From a virus, in IMG/VR virus record IMGVR_UViG_3300047445_000406, positions 13,896 through 77,895 of that record: 64,000 nt of DNA. One strand, given 5' to 3'. The notes below the pieces were generated by a model. The model had not been told where the DNA came from. It was given only the letters and a program-made list of their open reading frames with translations, and made no database searches. The position numbers were made by a program, and so were the translations under genes. This document shows positions 57,601-64,000 of this stretch, one piece after another (within the stretch, counting starts at the first letter, position 1; every line of letters begins with the position of its first letter).

Positions 57601-58819
57601 CACGACCACCACCCGACAATACGCCACCGGAGGAGGCACCGATCACACCACCCTTATAGATGTCCAGCAGGGAGGCTGGCTTGCCGGAAGCTTCTCCTTC
57701 CGCATAGGTCTGGAAGGTTTCCGTGGCGCCTTCACCAACCACACCCTGGGTCGCAGCGCGCAGAGAATTCTTGAAAGCGGTCTTGGTACTGTCCTTACCC
57801 AGGGCAGCACCGAGCGAGATATGGTCACCCAGGTGCTCGGCTACCGCCAAGGAAGCGGCCCACATGCCAATGCGCCCCATCTCATCCTTGGAGGGCAGCT
57901 GACCATCATGGTCCTTGGCGTATTGCTCAATACCCTGCTGGTAATAGTCGGCCGCATAGCCGGCATTCGACAGGGCCATGGCGGTCTTGCCCACGCCACC
58001 TAGCGCACCGACGAACAACTGCGGCACGTTCTCGGCCACGTATTCACCCACGGCTTGTGGATTGGTGACCACTGCTTCACCGGTGTTGGCCAGCAGATTG
58101 GCGATGCCGGACACAATGCCTTTAGCCGAATCCAGGTAAGCCCCTTTCCTACCGGCATCCCAACCCGCCGTGATCTTGTCCACCGAACTCTGGAAATCCT
58201 TGCCCAGTTCCTGGTCCAGCTTGTTCTTGGCGCCTTGGTGTTCGATTGAACTGATGTCGAAGGTGTCATTGATGGCACGCGACTTCAGGCGATCACCGGC
58301 TGCCTGGTTCAACAAGTGCAGCATGGTGGGGGCATCGGCTGCCGGAGCAGCACTCATGCCGGTCTTGGCGGCAGCGAAGGAAGGCTGGGCTACTGGTCGC
58401 TGCAGCAAAGCCATGTCCTCTGCCGACGCCTTACCAGTCAAGTAGCGGTTGAAGGCTTCCTGATCCTGTTGCGTGGCTTGGTTCTCGGCAGTAAGAGAAC
58501 GCAGAGTAGTAGGCAGGGAAGCGATGGCGCCCACCACCTGCCGGCTGGCACCGGAAACCGTGGAAGCAACCAGGTTGACTGCCCGGCCGACAGGTTCTTC
58601 TGGGTCAAAACCAAGCTGGTTGACCCAGGAGTTGCGGTTGCTGGCTTGGGAACTTGCAGGTGCTGGAGAGGTACTGGCTGCCAGAGACTGACGGAAGGCA
58701 TTCAGCTGCTGTTGCTTGTCGGCCGAGGCAGCCCGCACGGCGTTGATTTTGTCCACGCCCGCTGGACCCAGGCGGTCATTAAAGTAGGCGTTCAGGTCGA
58801 ATTCGGTATCGTCAGCCAT
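48644..58819 (-). CDS. Virion-encapsidated RNA polymerase (N4 gp50-like vRNAP)
   Basis: 3391 aa; motif A EVDGVTNG, motif B RNIIKTPLTAMVFG, motif C NHDA; no Cys seen on reading; synteny. Confidence 0.95.
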   Translation of the reverse strand: MADDTEFDLNAYFNDRLGPAGVDKINAVRAASADKQQQLNAFRQSLAASTSPAPASSQASNRNSWVNQLGFDPEEPVGRAVNLVASTVSGASRQVVGAIASLPTTLRSLTAENQATQQDQEAFNRYLTGKASAEDMALLQRPVAQPSFAAAKTGMSAAPAADAPTMLHLLNQAAGDRLKSRAINDTFDISSIEHQGAKNKLDQELGKDFQSSVDKITAGWDAGRKGAYLDSAKGIVSGIANLLANTGEAVVTNPQAVGEYVAENVPQLFVGALGGVGKTAMALSNAGYAADYYQQGIEQYAKDHDGQLPSKDEMGRIGMWAASLAVAEHLGDHISLGAALGKDSTKTAFKNSLRAATQGVVGEGATETFQTYAEGEASGKPASLLDIYKGGVIGASSGGVLSGGGRAVAEASRATPEHAAEHADQVQQAADFQQAVAENNPAPYFDPSHTSYDPATGLGVLFAVNQKEDTTPEVKQQNLDQAVNVITGLEDRFDSLKEQLKSVSKEEIPALNAELSKVSRYLKESDSVLGELTTQLEPAPAPAEIKATVEQANTADAEVSAPAAERVLNLAMRNVDTLTKQDADALAGNTDNALTPAQRDYLRTFSAARVADNQLATMEKVSQEVLHGSKKNIGITQYRQRIGTAIASGSAPLAQRQLGMLSDFAADHAGKAAAAAQALSQNGLGAQIVKLGGKWQVADREYSQRELNKLKEQGQNGMTLNSGRLVRDIQIEAQALAAARDEMTNAVALRFPDAGVQSISPAPVVAQENKQGEVSKELTGQRVKDLPRSESKASEGESAPQVPVKETKAKDSLAAADEKHARQDALVKEALAKAAARKAEKQAAVEDQAQPERAPQTPPLAADVQAEATADKAVDNTVDKSEVIPTAVTPESEQAKPYQQRDLLLAHFTQKAGKDTGSTRPLVQAPGFLASLKADVSAALQYLKEPTLTEQQHTALSTFASLASDWVGNIATNFVAVANPLYRYRDMSQFLIGTDGKVAANTQTAIAYAAFSWLAENANRTLFNTDEEINAILGRDEDALVSQEAAYLLRGVGTRENVVINALGSRVAQALGLTARPDAPRNLAPQLESALGAHAMKLLLDQGILVRNTLSGKDMASVMPKGGTNENATFKFIAVVAEQAQTKQILEAMKGSQGVLDKLFGAEQGLKEPAFRKIPFTQQTTRNTDQTVPSSEKAIMQHENAQPNHLRLDMWHLFGQLHPDMALAIAGFESINPTVTHEVNQKSIEAKNDGLRREYERAMEYFGMLQDQDVLEKAMYFDHTVWKQQRVGISTNMINPQTSKLHRRLLFRPTWEVELQMSDRDGMENFKLRVAEGLGIKTDKQSNEQSLEQLTATVNQPEIKRAVAVLRKAMTEGGISAEEQQQLVAGVQKGGEAMHTLDALVALAHYLNALDEGKNTFTTHLMGEVDGVTNGPMLSHLLMGAAETVEDLYALLNKGGFYEEGSDHSNYNLWRAEDGNTDLYETTTAHVVENLRNLQIPAGQANALYTLTGHLVKDDKVTKDGRNIIKTPLTAMVFGSSVSSAVESMADKFIESVYGKMEDVATGKLDQAVLLASLKTLGVNLGNPSIEEMMKTPLTPAQIGRLKQVFTDTIGKAVGATMDQDFEVFIRQRRTFNLSAQLAFDLYHAAYTGLREQKIAELVKAGAIAVDGKGNPIHDLTNAQEAELRVQVQDILPLMHTAFSQQSGELSAGLLASKSARKISTDRKYSGEIKFGQPFPDGPASVKTAAYERSETAPGVAMAPMSVHATDSFISHTAAMKSEVLNNHDAHTTGLGNFKEAAVNLNQATWQAMLSYSPASQMADTLTRVIRGVAAMQEAGTLPPQSQALLQEVLAKYAAQLDTKPGAVLDIQAKAMRDLAYRADSMKFLVMEKMGAVDQYALQGGHYVVTEADRKAVKKARRALDSSLSSADNQALAILSALASGVKNSQTQPDTELDVNPSALPSVRPVAEVTPLPGPFTSPWGELGAPAVISDAYLVDAFNQDPVMDAKLAVKTLRQALSNGEGRMAGFNNRLLDLIEKTLPKDVQVQLITPATPASAVLANGAEESRGWFVAKGDRKQVNLLSPDFKYSGLTPETMLHELTHAAIATTVEQALQDKTGPAYELVQELELLRALAQSHVTQNKLKGFTAALENVHEFISWGMSNLDFQRSVLNQISMQSNTTGNKLVTGMKRFIEALTGLLFKGSSKTAQEQMENGMAVLVANVSGLFYQAAQTKSKAELVLHQKNQPNLNTYSTLDIYDALGQVNPVSPVSAAFQVQLKGLLTGIVDTLHGPFGTFKAALMQNQASTPAEVFANALQSGVAPFASKSLAAGFRISEQEAYVLEQVEATVRAALEDKEGHTTLAYEELAKLYQEAATRLQGQMPQALYDFVFKLEAGADGKSDYLARFAALGLAHEETANLLNFATQVKTKQQLAGLTLADKLHAVYDMVLAFLSRTFTHTFEGQQADAKLEALVTQLVGIEAKKRMKLGQQRNTTMALIEDTLHDLSEGGRSKLEDFLKSPFFKTNTNAFIKAAGSVGAAIAGDRADLIMEGIAKIRDEHFRQRHGPMAGIINEIRGSKPDNVLFHKLLRASKHIEGLRKDIIANTTKFILESFKDGGNYLSKEDKAAISAVFLRTDLASLVGQYGMHELGKLIANPGMLQKEIARLEGQLTGFANFGHYFVKGAKLLGYYKATGRVAGANLMFNAGNISLLYGTQFAGRIAPAMAAKAEPVIDKLVSLYALAYVDQNHLANAQAVLATENARTDGNGIEMILKLHKQLQQQSKDRLFVAGEPLYMKGYVPEAYNPYISIVAADQATGEQLVNQGYSEGAALHADKVDPDKSAKRLYKLQDGGLQSYLTGVFSYTGTRAKGSQVISGGTNLLTSQGLANVTTMQTIDAGNVPRVRDMFNADPNFDPRKVGGAFLAPVLNAQGDVVNYRYMMNENTKDTLLERDNRFEQLLGKMAGNIFDKEMTKEQNATAVQALKDQYDAEYATRHHSYLRVGANSTDPELREIWRLLPESTKQSVRDIWGGNNMMVRVDLLDINFGYRKLSIADVLDKDVQQHSAVARVLAEMATFFFGDKANLRLRQGEDIWQAFVREAKDTMVVKSGVTLMGNISSNMTELLWFGVPLPDILRHHRVAMKGALAYRKDSEALERINLQLSTKYLPAGNQRELERQKVILEDALARNPVRQLIDAGLMPTIVEDVAADDDMYSFKGRFTRKVDEFTDKLNPHVVDTAKTLVIAHDTPLYKALSYGTQLSDFVARYTLYQHMTNRARNPMGTEQAIQLVSDAFINYDVPSHRLLQYANDMGFVYFSKYYLRIQKIIMHLYRENPARALMLLIGSHFFDAVPTLMDSAAVHRLGNPFSTGALKYVTTLDELGTVNALMSPFK

Positions 58820-58846
58820 GGCTTGTTCTCGTTGGCAAAAGGGAAT

Positions 58847-58861
58847 ATTGCCTCGATTATA
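58847..58861 (-). promoter_or_regulatory. Candidate late sigma70-type promoter for vRNAP
   Basis: Perfect TATAAT followed by CGAGGCAAT; poor -35. Confidence 0.5.
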
Positions 58862-58862
58862 T

Positions 58863-58903
58863 AGAAAAGGCGGCCTGAAATTGCTTCCAGACCACCTTTT
58901 TTC
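58863..58903 (-). terminator. Terminator after the gp51-like gene
   Basis: Minus strand GGTGGTCTGGAA/TTTCAGGCCGCC-TTTT; the G-U pairs fix the strand. Confidence 0.7.
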
Positions 58904-58928
58904 GGAGAAACAGCCATTACCAGATTAC

Positions 58929-60161
58929 TTATCGTCCGCTTTTGGGCTTCACCTCAAACGGATTCTTCACTACCTGCATGCGCTGGGGCGGAGCATTATC
59001 CATCACATTGCGCATGGTTTGCTTGAATGCCGATAGGTCATCCAGGACCGGGCTAGTATCCTTGCCACCCTTATTGACGATCTGTTGCAGATTGTTTTCC
59101 AGCAGGGTCTTGGCATCCTTGGCATAGCCGGTGTTCCAACCCGCACGCCACCAGGCATCACGGGAGCTGGAGACGGCCGCTTCAATGGCTGCTACTGGCA
59201 GATCATGCAGAACCACCGTCTTACCATCTTTGCCAGTGACTTCCACACCATCCTGGCGCAACTTCTCAACCATACGCAGGATGTTGGTACGGTCCTCGTT
59301 GTTGTCACCGATGTTGTTTTTAGTCATGGTTTGCAGAAGTTCTTCTGCCTGGCTGCCATCGTAAATACCCTTGTGGTAGACATTGCCGGCTTCTTTCAGG
59401 GCATTCTTGGCTGCCGCCGCACGACCCGCTGCTTGCGCAGCTTCCTGCTGTTTCCTGGTGTTGTCGATGTTGAAGTCGATTTGGCGTACCTGGGCATCCA
59501 CCGCACGGGAATTGGTGGCATCCGAGGTTGCCATGTGCTGGCGCGTGGCAGACGATGTGAGCAGGTCATCGGCAAACTTCTTCTGCTGGCTATCAAAGGT
59601 GATCGATTGACGGCCACGTTGCACCAGTTCCTGGGAACGGTTATCGGCCGCTGCCTTCAGGGTGGCCAGATCACGACCGCCCAACTGCTGGTACTGGGCA
59701 TCCAGTGCGGCCGCCTTCTGGCTATCCCCGGCAATCAGGGCCGCCTTGTACTGGTCCAGGATCGGTGCCACCCGTTCATCGGTCATCATGTGGTTGTAGG
59801 CGATCTCCTGCTGTGCCTGGCCTTGCAGGGCAGCCACACGGGCATCGGCCGCACCACGCACGGCATTGGCGTCGATCTGGGTTCCGAACTGACTGCGCAG
59901 CTGGTCCAGGGCGCCACCGGCCGCCTGTGCGGCCCGCAGCTCTTCCGGCGAACGATATTTGCCGATCGCATCCAGGAAGGCATTGGTGTTGTTCACCTTG
60001 GTATTGGCCACGTTGGCATTGTCGATTGCTTCCCGCTGGGCGAAGGTATCCCCCAGCGTATTGAAGGCGCCGAGGAAGCTGCGTTGGGCAGATTCCAGCG
60101 GGCGGGACGCTTCGCTCAGTCCGGCGCCATTAATGTTGTCCCAGCGGATAGGTTGTGCCAT
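58929..60161 (-). CDS. Virion (probably ejected) protein, N4 gp51 position
   Basis: MAQPIRW start; helical, A/Q-rich, Cys-free; adjacent to vRNAP. Confidence 0.7.
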   Translation of the reverse strand: MAQPIRWDNINGAGLSEASRPLESAQRSFLGAFNTLGDTFAQREAIDNANVANTKVNNTNAFLDAIGKYRSPEELRAAQAAGGALDQLRSQFGTQIDANAVRGAADARVAALQGQAQQEIAYNHMMTDERVAPILDQYKAALIAGDSQKAAALDAQYQQLGGRDLATLKAAADNRSQELVQRGRQSITFDSQQKKFADDLLTSSATRQHMATSDATNSRAVDAQVRQIDFNIDNTRKQQEAAQAAGRAAAAKNALKEAGNVYHKGIYDGSQAEELLQTMTKNNIGDNNEDRTNILRMVEKLRQDGVEVTGKDGKTVVLHDLPVAAIEAAVSSSRDAWWRAGWNTGYAKDAKTLLENNLQQIVNKGGKDTSPVLDDLSAFKQTMRNVMDNAPPQRMQVVKNPFEVKPKSGR

Positions 60162-60173
60162 AGCGGGTTCTCC

Positions 60174-60662
60174 TTAGATGCCGTACTGCTTCATGTAGTC
60201 GCCCACCGACTGGTAGGCACCAGGGTTGGCAGCGACACGTGCAGTCTGGCGATCAGCCAGGGCGGCATTGGTGGTCTTGCGTTGGGCATCGAAGTTCAGG
60301 TTGAACTGGTTCTTGCCCTGCTCCAGTGTGTCCTTGGCCAGCTGGTACTGCTTGTAGCCGAAGAAGGAGTTGGCCAGACCCGAAGCCAGGTTAAGCGCAG
60401 GCATGCCCCAGCCCTGGACCTTGGTGCCGTCATTAAGGGTCTTGCCCAGCACGCCGGAAGTGTTAAACCAGTCACCGATACCGCCCCACAAGCCTTGGTC
60501 AGGACCAGCGTTCACTTGGGGCAGGTTAGCCGGTGCCGCCGTGCCCACCAGTTGTGCGGCGTCCGGCACGCCCATAGCTTGAGCAGGCATGGCTTGCAGG
60601 GCTGGACTATTCCACCAGTCGGGCGTCCCGTAACCGGCAGCAGGATGAATGATATTGGCCAT
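60174..60662 (-). CDS. Virion structural protein (N4 gp52-like)
   Basis: GYKQYQLAK..L...KNQFNLNF.AQRKTTNAALADRQ.AR motif; synteny. Confidence 0.75.
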   Translation of the reverse strand: MANIIHPAAGYGTPDWWNSPALQAMPAQAMGVPDAAQLVGTAAPANLPQVNAGPDQGLWGGIGDWFNTSGVLGKTLNDGTKVQGWGMPALNLASGLANSFFGYKQYQLAKDTLEQGKNQFNLNFDAQRKTTNAALADRQTARVAANPGAYQSVGDYMKQYGI

Positions 60663-60675
60663 CGTGGCTCCTAAG

Positions 60676-62931
60676 TCAATAAGTCAAAGTATCTGAGAGT
60701 TTGGGGAGGGTGAGTGCCACATCCACATAGGATGACACGGCGTCCAGTCCGATAACCCCAATGTTACCGGAATGCACTGTCCTTTGGAAAAAGTCATTCG
60801 GGGATTCGCCGAAAACGACCATCGGTGCCAGCCAGGAAGGATTGTCCAGTTGTTCCTGGGTACTCTCCAGCAGCTTGGTCTGCTCCTTCACGTACTGCTC
60901 GAATTCGCTTTGCTGTCCCAGCAGATCCTGGAAGTCCTGGTTAAGCTCCCGGCCAATTGCCTTGGTCAAGCCGGTCGATACGCTCAAGGCTTCATTGGCA
61001 AAGGGCAGGCCCTCCACCGAGCCATACTGGAAGTTGGAGTAGCTGCCGTAAACGGCTGCCACAATAGCTGCAATGAAGGCGATTTTAACGCCCACTACCT
61101 TGACGAACAGACGAATCAATATCGCGGCGATCAGCTGTCGAATCAGCATCTGCACCAGGACCATCAGCAAGGCGCCATACGTGATGGCGCCAGCCACAAT
61201 GGCCGCAACAAGCCCCTTGATCGTCGCCCCGTAAGACAGGATGGTGATGACCACCATGACGATGATCAGCACTGCCCGGAAGATGCCGGTCTGATACCAC
61301 TTCAGCTTGATCACGACCAGGCTGTTGAAGACGTAATGCAGGGCACGGGAGTACAGCAACTCCCGCTCCGGCAGGGTATAGGTCTTGGCAATGGCCATGT
61401 CCACCGGGATCAAGAGGATCTCATCCTTCTCATCGCCGGTGGTGGTGTATTGCTCGAAGATGAAGTAGGTCAGCTTCAGGTCGAAGATCTGGATCTCCTC
61501 GTACACATCCTTGCTGACCTGGTGCTGGTACCAGTGCCGCTTGCTGCCGGTATCCTTGGGCACCGGATCGCCGGACAGGGAAGGGACATCCACCACCTTC
61601 TGTTCCTGGCTGAAGCCAGAAAGGTAAGTGCCAGGGGTGCCAATGACCCCCACCACTTTGCGCTTGATGATGTTTTTCCAGTTCAGGGCCATCTTGAAAC
61701 GGGCATCCTGGATGACCATCGAGCTGCGGTTCATGGCCGTGTTCAGGCCGCGGGAGATACCGTCCGAGAAGGGGTTGTCCGCTGCATTGCTGTGGCCCTG
61801 GGCCTTCTGCTGCGCATACAAGCCAGAGAAGAAATCGAACAGGTAGCGCCGCTCGATCGGTTCCTCGGTGTCGGCTGGCACGGCCATGACCATCATGGCT
61901 TGCTGCACGTCGCCGATGTCAGGGTTGTCATGGATGCCGTCGACCATGCGGTCGTATTCCATGTTCAGGATCCTGGCCAGGTGCTTGCTGTCCTTGTAGC
62001 CTTCCGAGTTCACGTCCTCCGCTTGCGAGTGCTTGTTGAAGCGGAAGTACATCCAGGGGAAGAAGTGGCCCACGCCATCATAGGCAATGTCGAACACCTC
62101 ATCGAGTGAAGGATTACCGGCCCCGTGCTGGTAGATCCAGTAGCCGGTGTGGTTGTTGTGGTCCACGTACTTGGCCTGGTGGTAGTCCTTGCTGATGTCG
62201 AAGCCAGCCAGGGAAATGATGAACGTGCCAAACTTAGGCACATCCTTCATGACCGTGCTGCCCACCACTACCGGTTCCTTTTCCGACCAGCAGGTGTCCA
62301 CCAGGATGTAGTCTGTTGCGGCGGCCGGATCCACGGCATAACTCAGGGTCGGTACCAAGGCGCCGGCTGCGGCGGTCTGGTATTTCTTCTCCGGGGTCGG
62401 CCCGGCCGTCGGCGGTGTGCCCCATTGTTCCAGGCTACCGTTGCTCATCTCTTCCAGGGTGGCATCGGTGACGATGACCCGCATGTTCTTCAGGAAGACG
62501 GGTTTGTCGGCCGTGGAGAGGGCACCGATCTGGTTGGTGAGGTAGTCGTAACCATGCTCCTCGGTCAGCTTCTTCCAGCCCACATGTAGCAGGTTGAGCG
62601 GCCCGAAATGATAGTAAGCCATGGACACCGGGCCACCGGTGAGCTGCTGCAGCACGGCTTCGCTGGCTTCCTTGCCGGCAAAGGAGGAATGCACGCTGCC
62701 GGAAGGGGTGCCGTACAGGTAGCCTTGCCGGCCATAGGAATACATGCGGTCGGCCCGCACAGCGATGCTGTTGGTGATCGACTCCATCACCTGTTCGATC
62801 ATCTGGCCCGACTCTTCCTTCAGGTCACGGGCCAGGCCTTCACGGATGGCATCGGGCAGCGCGTTGTCATCAATGACCCGCGATACCGAGGTACCCACCA
62901 CTGTCTTTTTGCTGCTGCCAAACAGGCCCAT
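60676..62931 (-). CDS. Virion protein (N4 gp53-like) with C-terminal TM region
   Basis: MGLFGSSKKTVV start at ATG 62931; KLKWYQTGIF followed by hydrophobic helices. Confidence 0.8.
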   Translation of the reverse strand: MGLFGSSKKTVVGTSVSRVIDDNALPDAIREGLARDLKEESGQMIEQVMESITNSIAVRADRMYSYGRQGYLYGTPSGSVHSSFAGKEASEAVLQQLTGGPVSMAYYHFGPLNLLHVGWKKLTEEHGYDYLTNQIGALSTADKPVFLKNMRVIVTDATLEEMSNGSLEQWGTPPTAGPTPEKKYQTAAAGALVPTLSYAVDPAAATDYILVDTCWSEKEPVVVGSTVMKDVPKFGTFIISLAGFDISKDYHQAKYVDHNNHTGYWIYQHGAGNPSLDEVFDIAYDGVGHFFPWMYFRFNKHSQAEDVNSEGYKDSKHLARILNMEYDRMVDGIHDNPDIGDVQQAMMVMAVPADTEEPIERRYLFDFFSGLYAQQKAQGHSNAADNPFSDGISRGLNTAMNRSSMVIQDARFKMALNWKNIIKRKVVGVIGTPGTYLSGFSQEQKVVDVPSLSGDPVPKDTGSKRHWYQHQVSKDVYEEIQIFDLKLTYFIFEQYTTTGDEKDEILLIPVDMAIAKTYTLPERELLYSRALHYVFNSLVVIKLKWYQTGIFRAVLIIVMVVITILSYGATIKGLVAAIVAGAITYGALLMVLVQMLIRQLIAAILIRLFVKVVGVKIAFIAAIVAAVYGSYSNFQYGSVEGLPFANEALSVSTGLTKAIGRELNQDFQDLLGQQSEFEQYVKEQTKLLESTQEQLDNPSWLAPMVVFGESPNDFFQRTVHSGNIGVIGLDAVSSYVDVALTLPKLSDTLTY

Positions 62932-62947
62932 GGTCATCCTTCTTATG

Positions 62948-62977
62948 AAAAAGGGAGCCAAGGTTTCCCTGGCTCCC
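62948..62977 (-). terminator. Intrinsic terminator
   Basis: AAAAA-GGGAGCCA...TGGCTCCC. Confidence 0.7.
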
Positions 62978-63002
62978 CCGGCTAGGAACTCCCGGCCCCT
63001 GC

Positions 63003-63632
63003 TTAAATGCCCACGCCAGCGAACATCTTCTGCACTGCACGGCCAATATCGGCGTCCGACAGCTTGTTGACGCCGTCGGCCACGGTACCGTCATCCGTCA
63101 TGCGGCGCGCATTCCAGGTGTCGATCATGATCTTGGCCGCCTTCTGTTCGGAATCACGGGCAAAGCCATCGGTCTGGGCCTGGTACAGCTTCTTCTGCTT
63201 GCCGATGACCGAGTTGTCATCCACACCCAGTTCCATGGTCTGGGCCTTCTCGGTCACGACCCTCTGGCCCAGCAACTCGGTTTCCTTGGTGGTCTTGGTC
63301 ACCGATTCCATGGTCAGGTCATACTCGGCTTTCAGCTTGCAGACCTGGGCATCGATCAGTTCACCATTCTTGGTTTCGTTAGCAACTTGCTTGTCTAGCA
63401 GATCGGCTTTCAGTGCAATGAGATCACGTTCCACCAGGAACGATACGGCGGCATTCATGGTGGCTTGCAGGGCGCCCAGGTAGACCTGGGCGTAGTCGGC
63501 ACCGGTGATGCGGTTCTTGGCGAATTCGGCTTCCAGATGGGCCTTGTTGGCATCCATCAGTTTGTCGAACACGCCGGTACCGCCCAGCGCACCGGTGGTC
63601 AGGTCAGTGACGGTAATCGGCGTGCGTGCCAT
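63003..63632 (-). CDS. Structural protein (N4 gp54-like)
   Basis: GTGVFDKLM...RITGADYAQVY and IGKQKKLY.AQ.DGF.R..EQKAAK. Confidence 0.85.
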   Translation of the reverse strand: MARTPITVTDLTTGALGGTGVFDKLMDANKAHLEAEFAKNRITGADYAQVYLGALQATMNAAVSFLVERDLIALKADLLDKQVANETKNGELIDAQVCKLKAEYDLTMESVTKTTKETELLGQRVVTEKAQTMELGVDDNSVIGKQKKLYQAQTDGFARDSEQKAAKIMIDTWNARRMTDDGTVADGVNKLSDADIGRAVQKMFAGVGI

Positions 63633-63645
63633 GAGTGCTTACCCC

Positions 63646-64000
63646 TTATTCCGCGCTCACGCCACCGGCCATGGCCTGGCGTTGGGCCAGATCATGGAGC
63701 TCATCTTCGGTCAGGTCCGGCAGGATCTCGACGTTGAATTCCTTGATCAGCTTGCCTTCACGGACCTTGATGCCGTTCTTGGCCTTCTTGGTGACGAACA
63801 CCTGGCACTGACGGGCCTGGATCATGTCCAGAATCATTTTTGGTACGTGCCAGCCTTCTTCCACGTTGAAGGGCACGAATTTCTTCAGGGTGCCGACGGC
63901 AGCATTGCCAGTGGTGAAGATCTCACCCTGCCATTCCTTCTTGGCCGGGTTCATGCAGGCCACGCGGATGCGCACCAGGCGATTGGCTTCCATGCGGATG
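63646..64000 (-). CDS. N4 gp55-like protein (5' truncated by the window)
   Basis: LVRIRVACMNPAKKEWQGEIF...GWHVP...LPDLTEDEL..LA.RQ. Confidence 0.8.
   Translation of the reverse strand, partial: IRMEANRLVRIRVACMNPAKKEWQGEIFTTGNAAVGTLKKFVPFNVEEGWHVPKMILDMIQARQCQVFVTKKAKNGIKVREGKLIKEFNVEILPDLTEDELHDLAQRQAMAGGVSAE

Noticed and set aside
1-64000. CRISPR array, DGR/retron reverse transcriptase, integrase or stop-codon recoding
   Set aside because: I noticed no regularly spaced repeats and no RT or integrase motifs, and genes are intact in the standard code.

Overview
The window is about 64 kb of a high-GC N4-like podovirus (Schitoviridae), probably infecting a proteobacterium; the host cannot be determined from the sequence. 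The hallmark genes are a giant virion RNA polymerase (3391 aa, 48644-58819, minus), a split T7-like RNAP II (841-1791 and 3120-4364), a MoxR-AAA/VWA pair, a Dda-like helicase, a family A DNA polymerase, rIIA/rIIB, ThyX, a class II RNR and the gp42-gp46 replication block (nuclease, primase, Sak4-like ATPase, SSB, RuvC-like resolvase). A minus-strand tail-fibre and lysis module lies at 25659-36158 and the start of the structural block at 58929-64000. The most unusual signals are: (1) six small early proteins clustered around RNAP1 with divergent N-termini and a shared C-terminal W...[VIL]PxE[FVI]KAxxLL motif; (2) a ~430-nt highly structured, pseudoknotted non-coding stretch between the middle operon and the vRNAP gene; (3) a release-factor-like protein lacking the GGQ loop; (4) a Gp49-family/RyR-domain fusion, a possible double immune-signal sponge; (5) a switch-like structured leader with a terminator in front of nrdJ; (6) a recurrent TCC-loop hairpin plus TTCT(A/T)CG intergenic element. 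All family assignments come from motif recognition and gene order; no database search was run.
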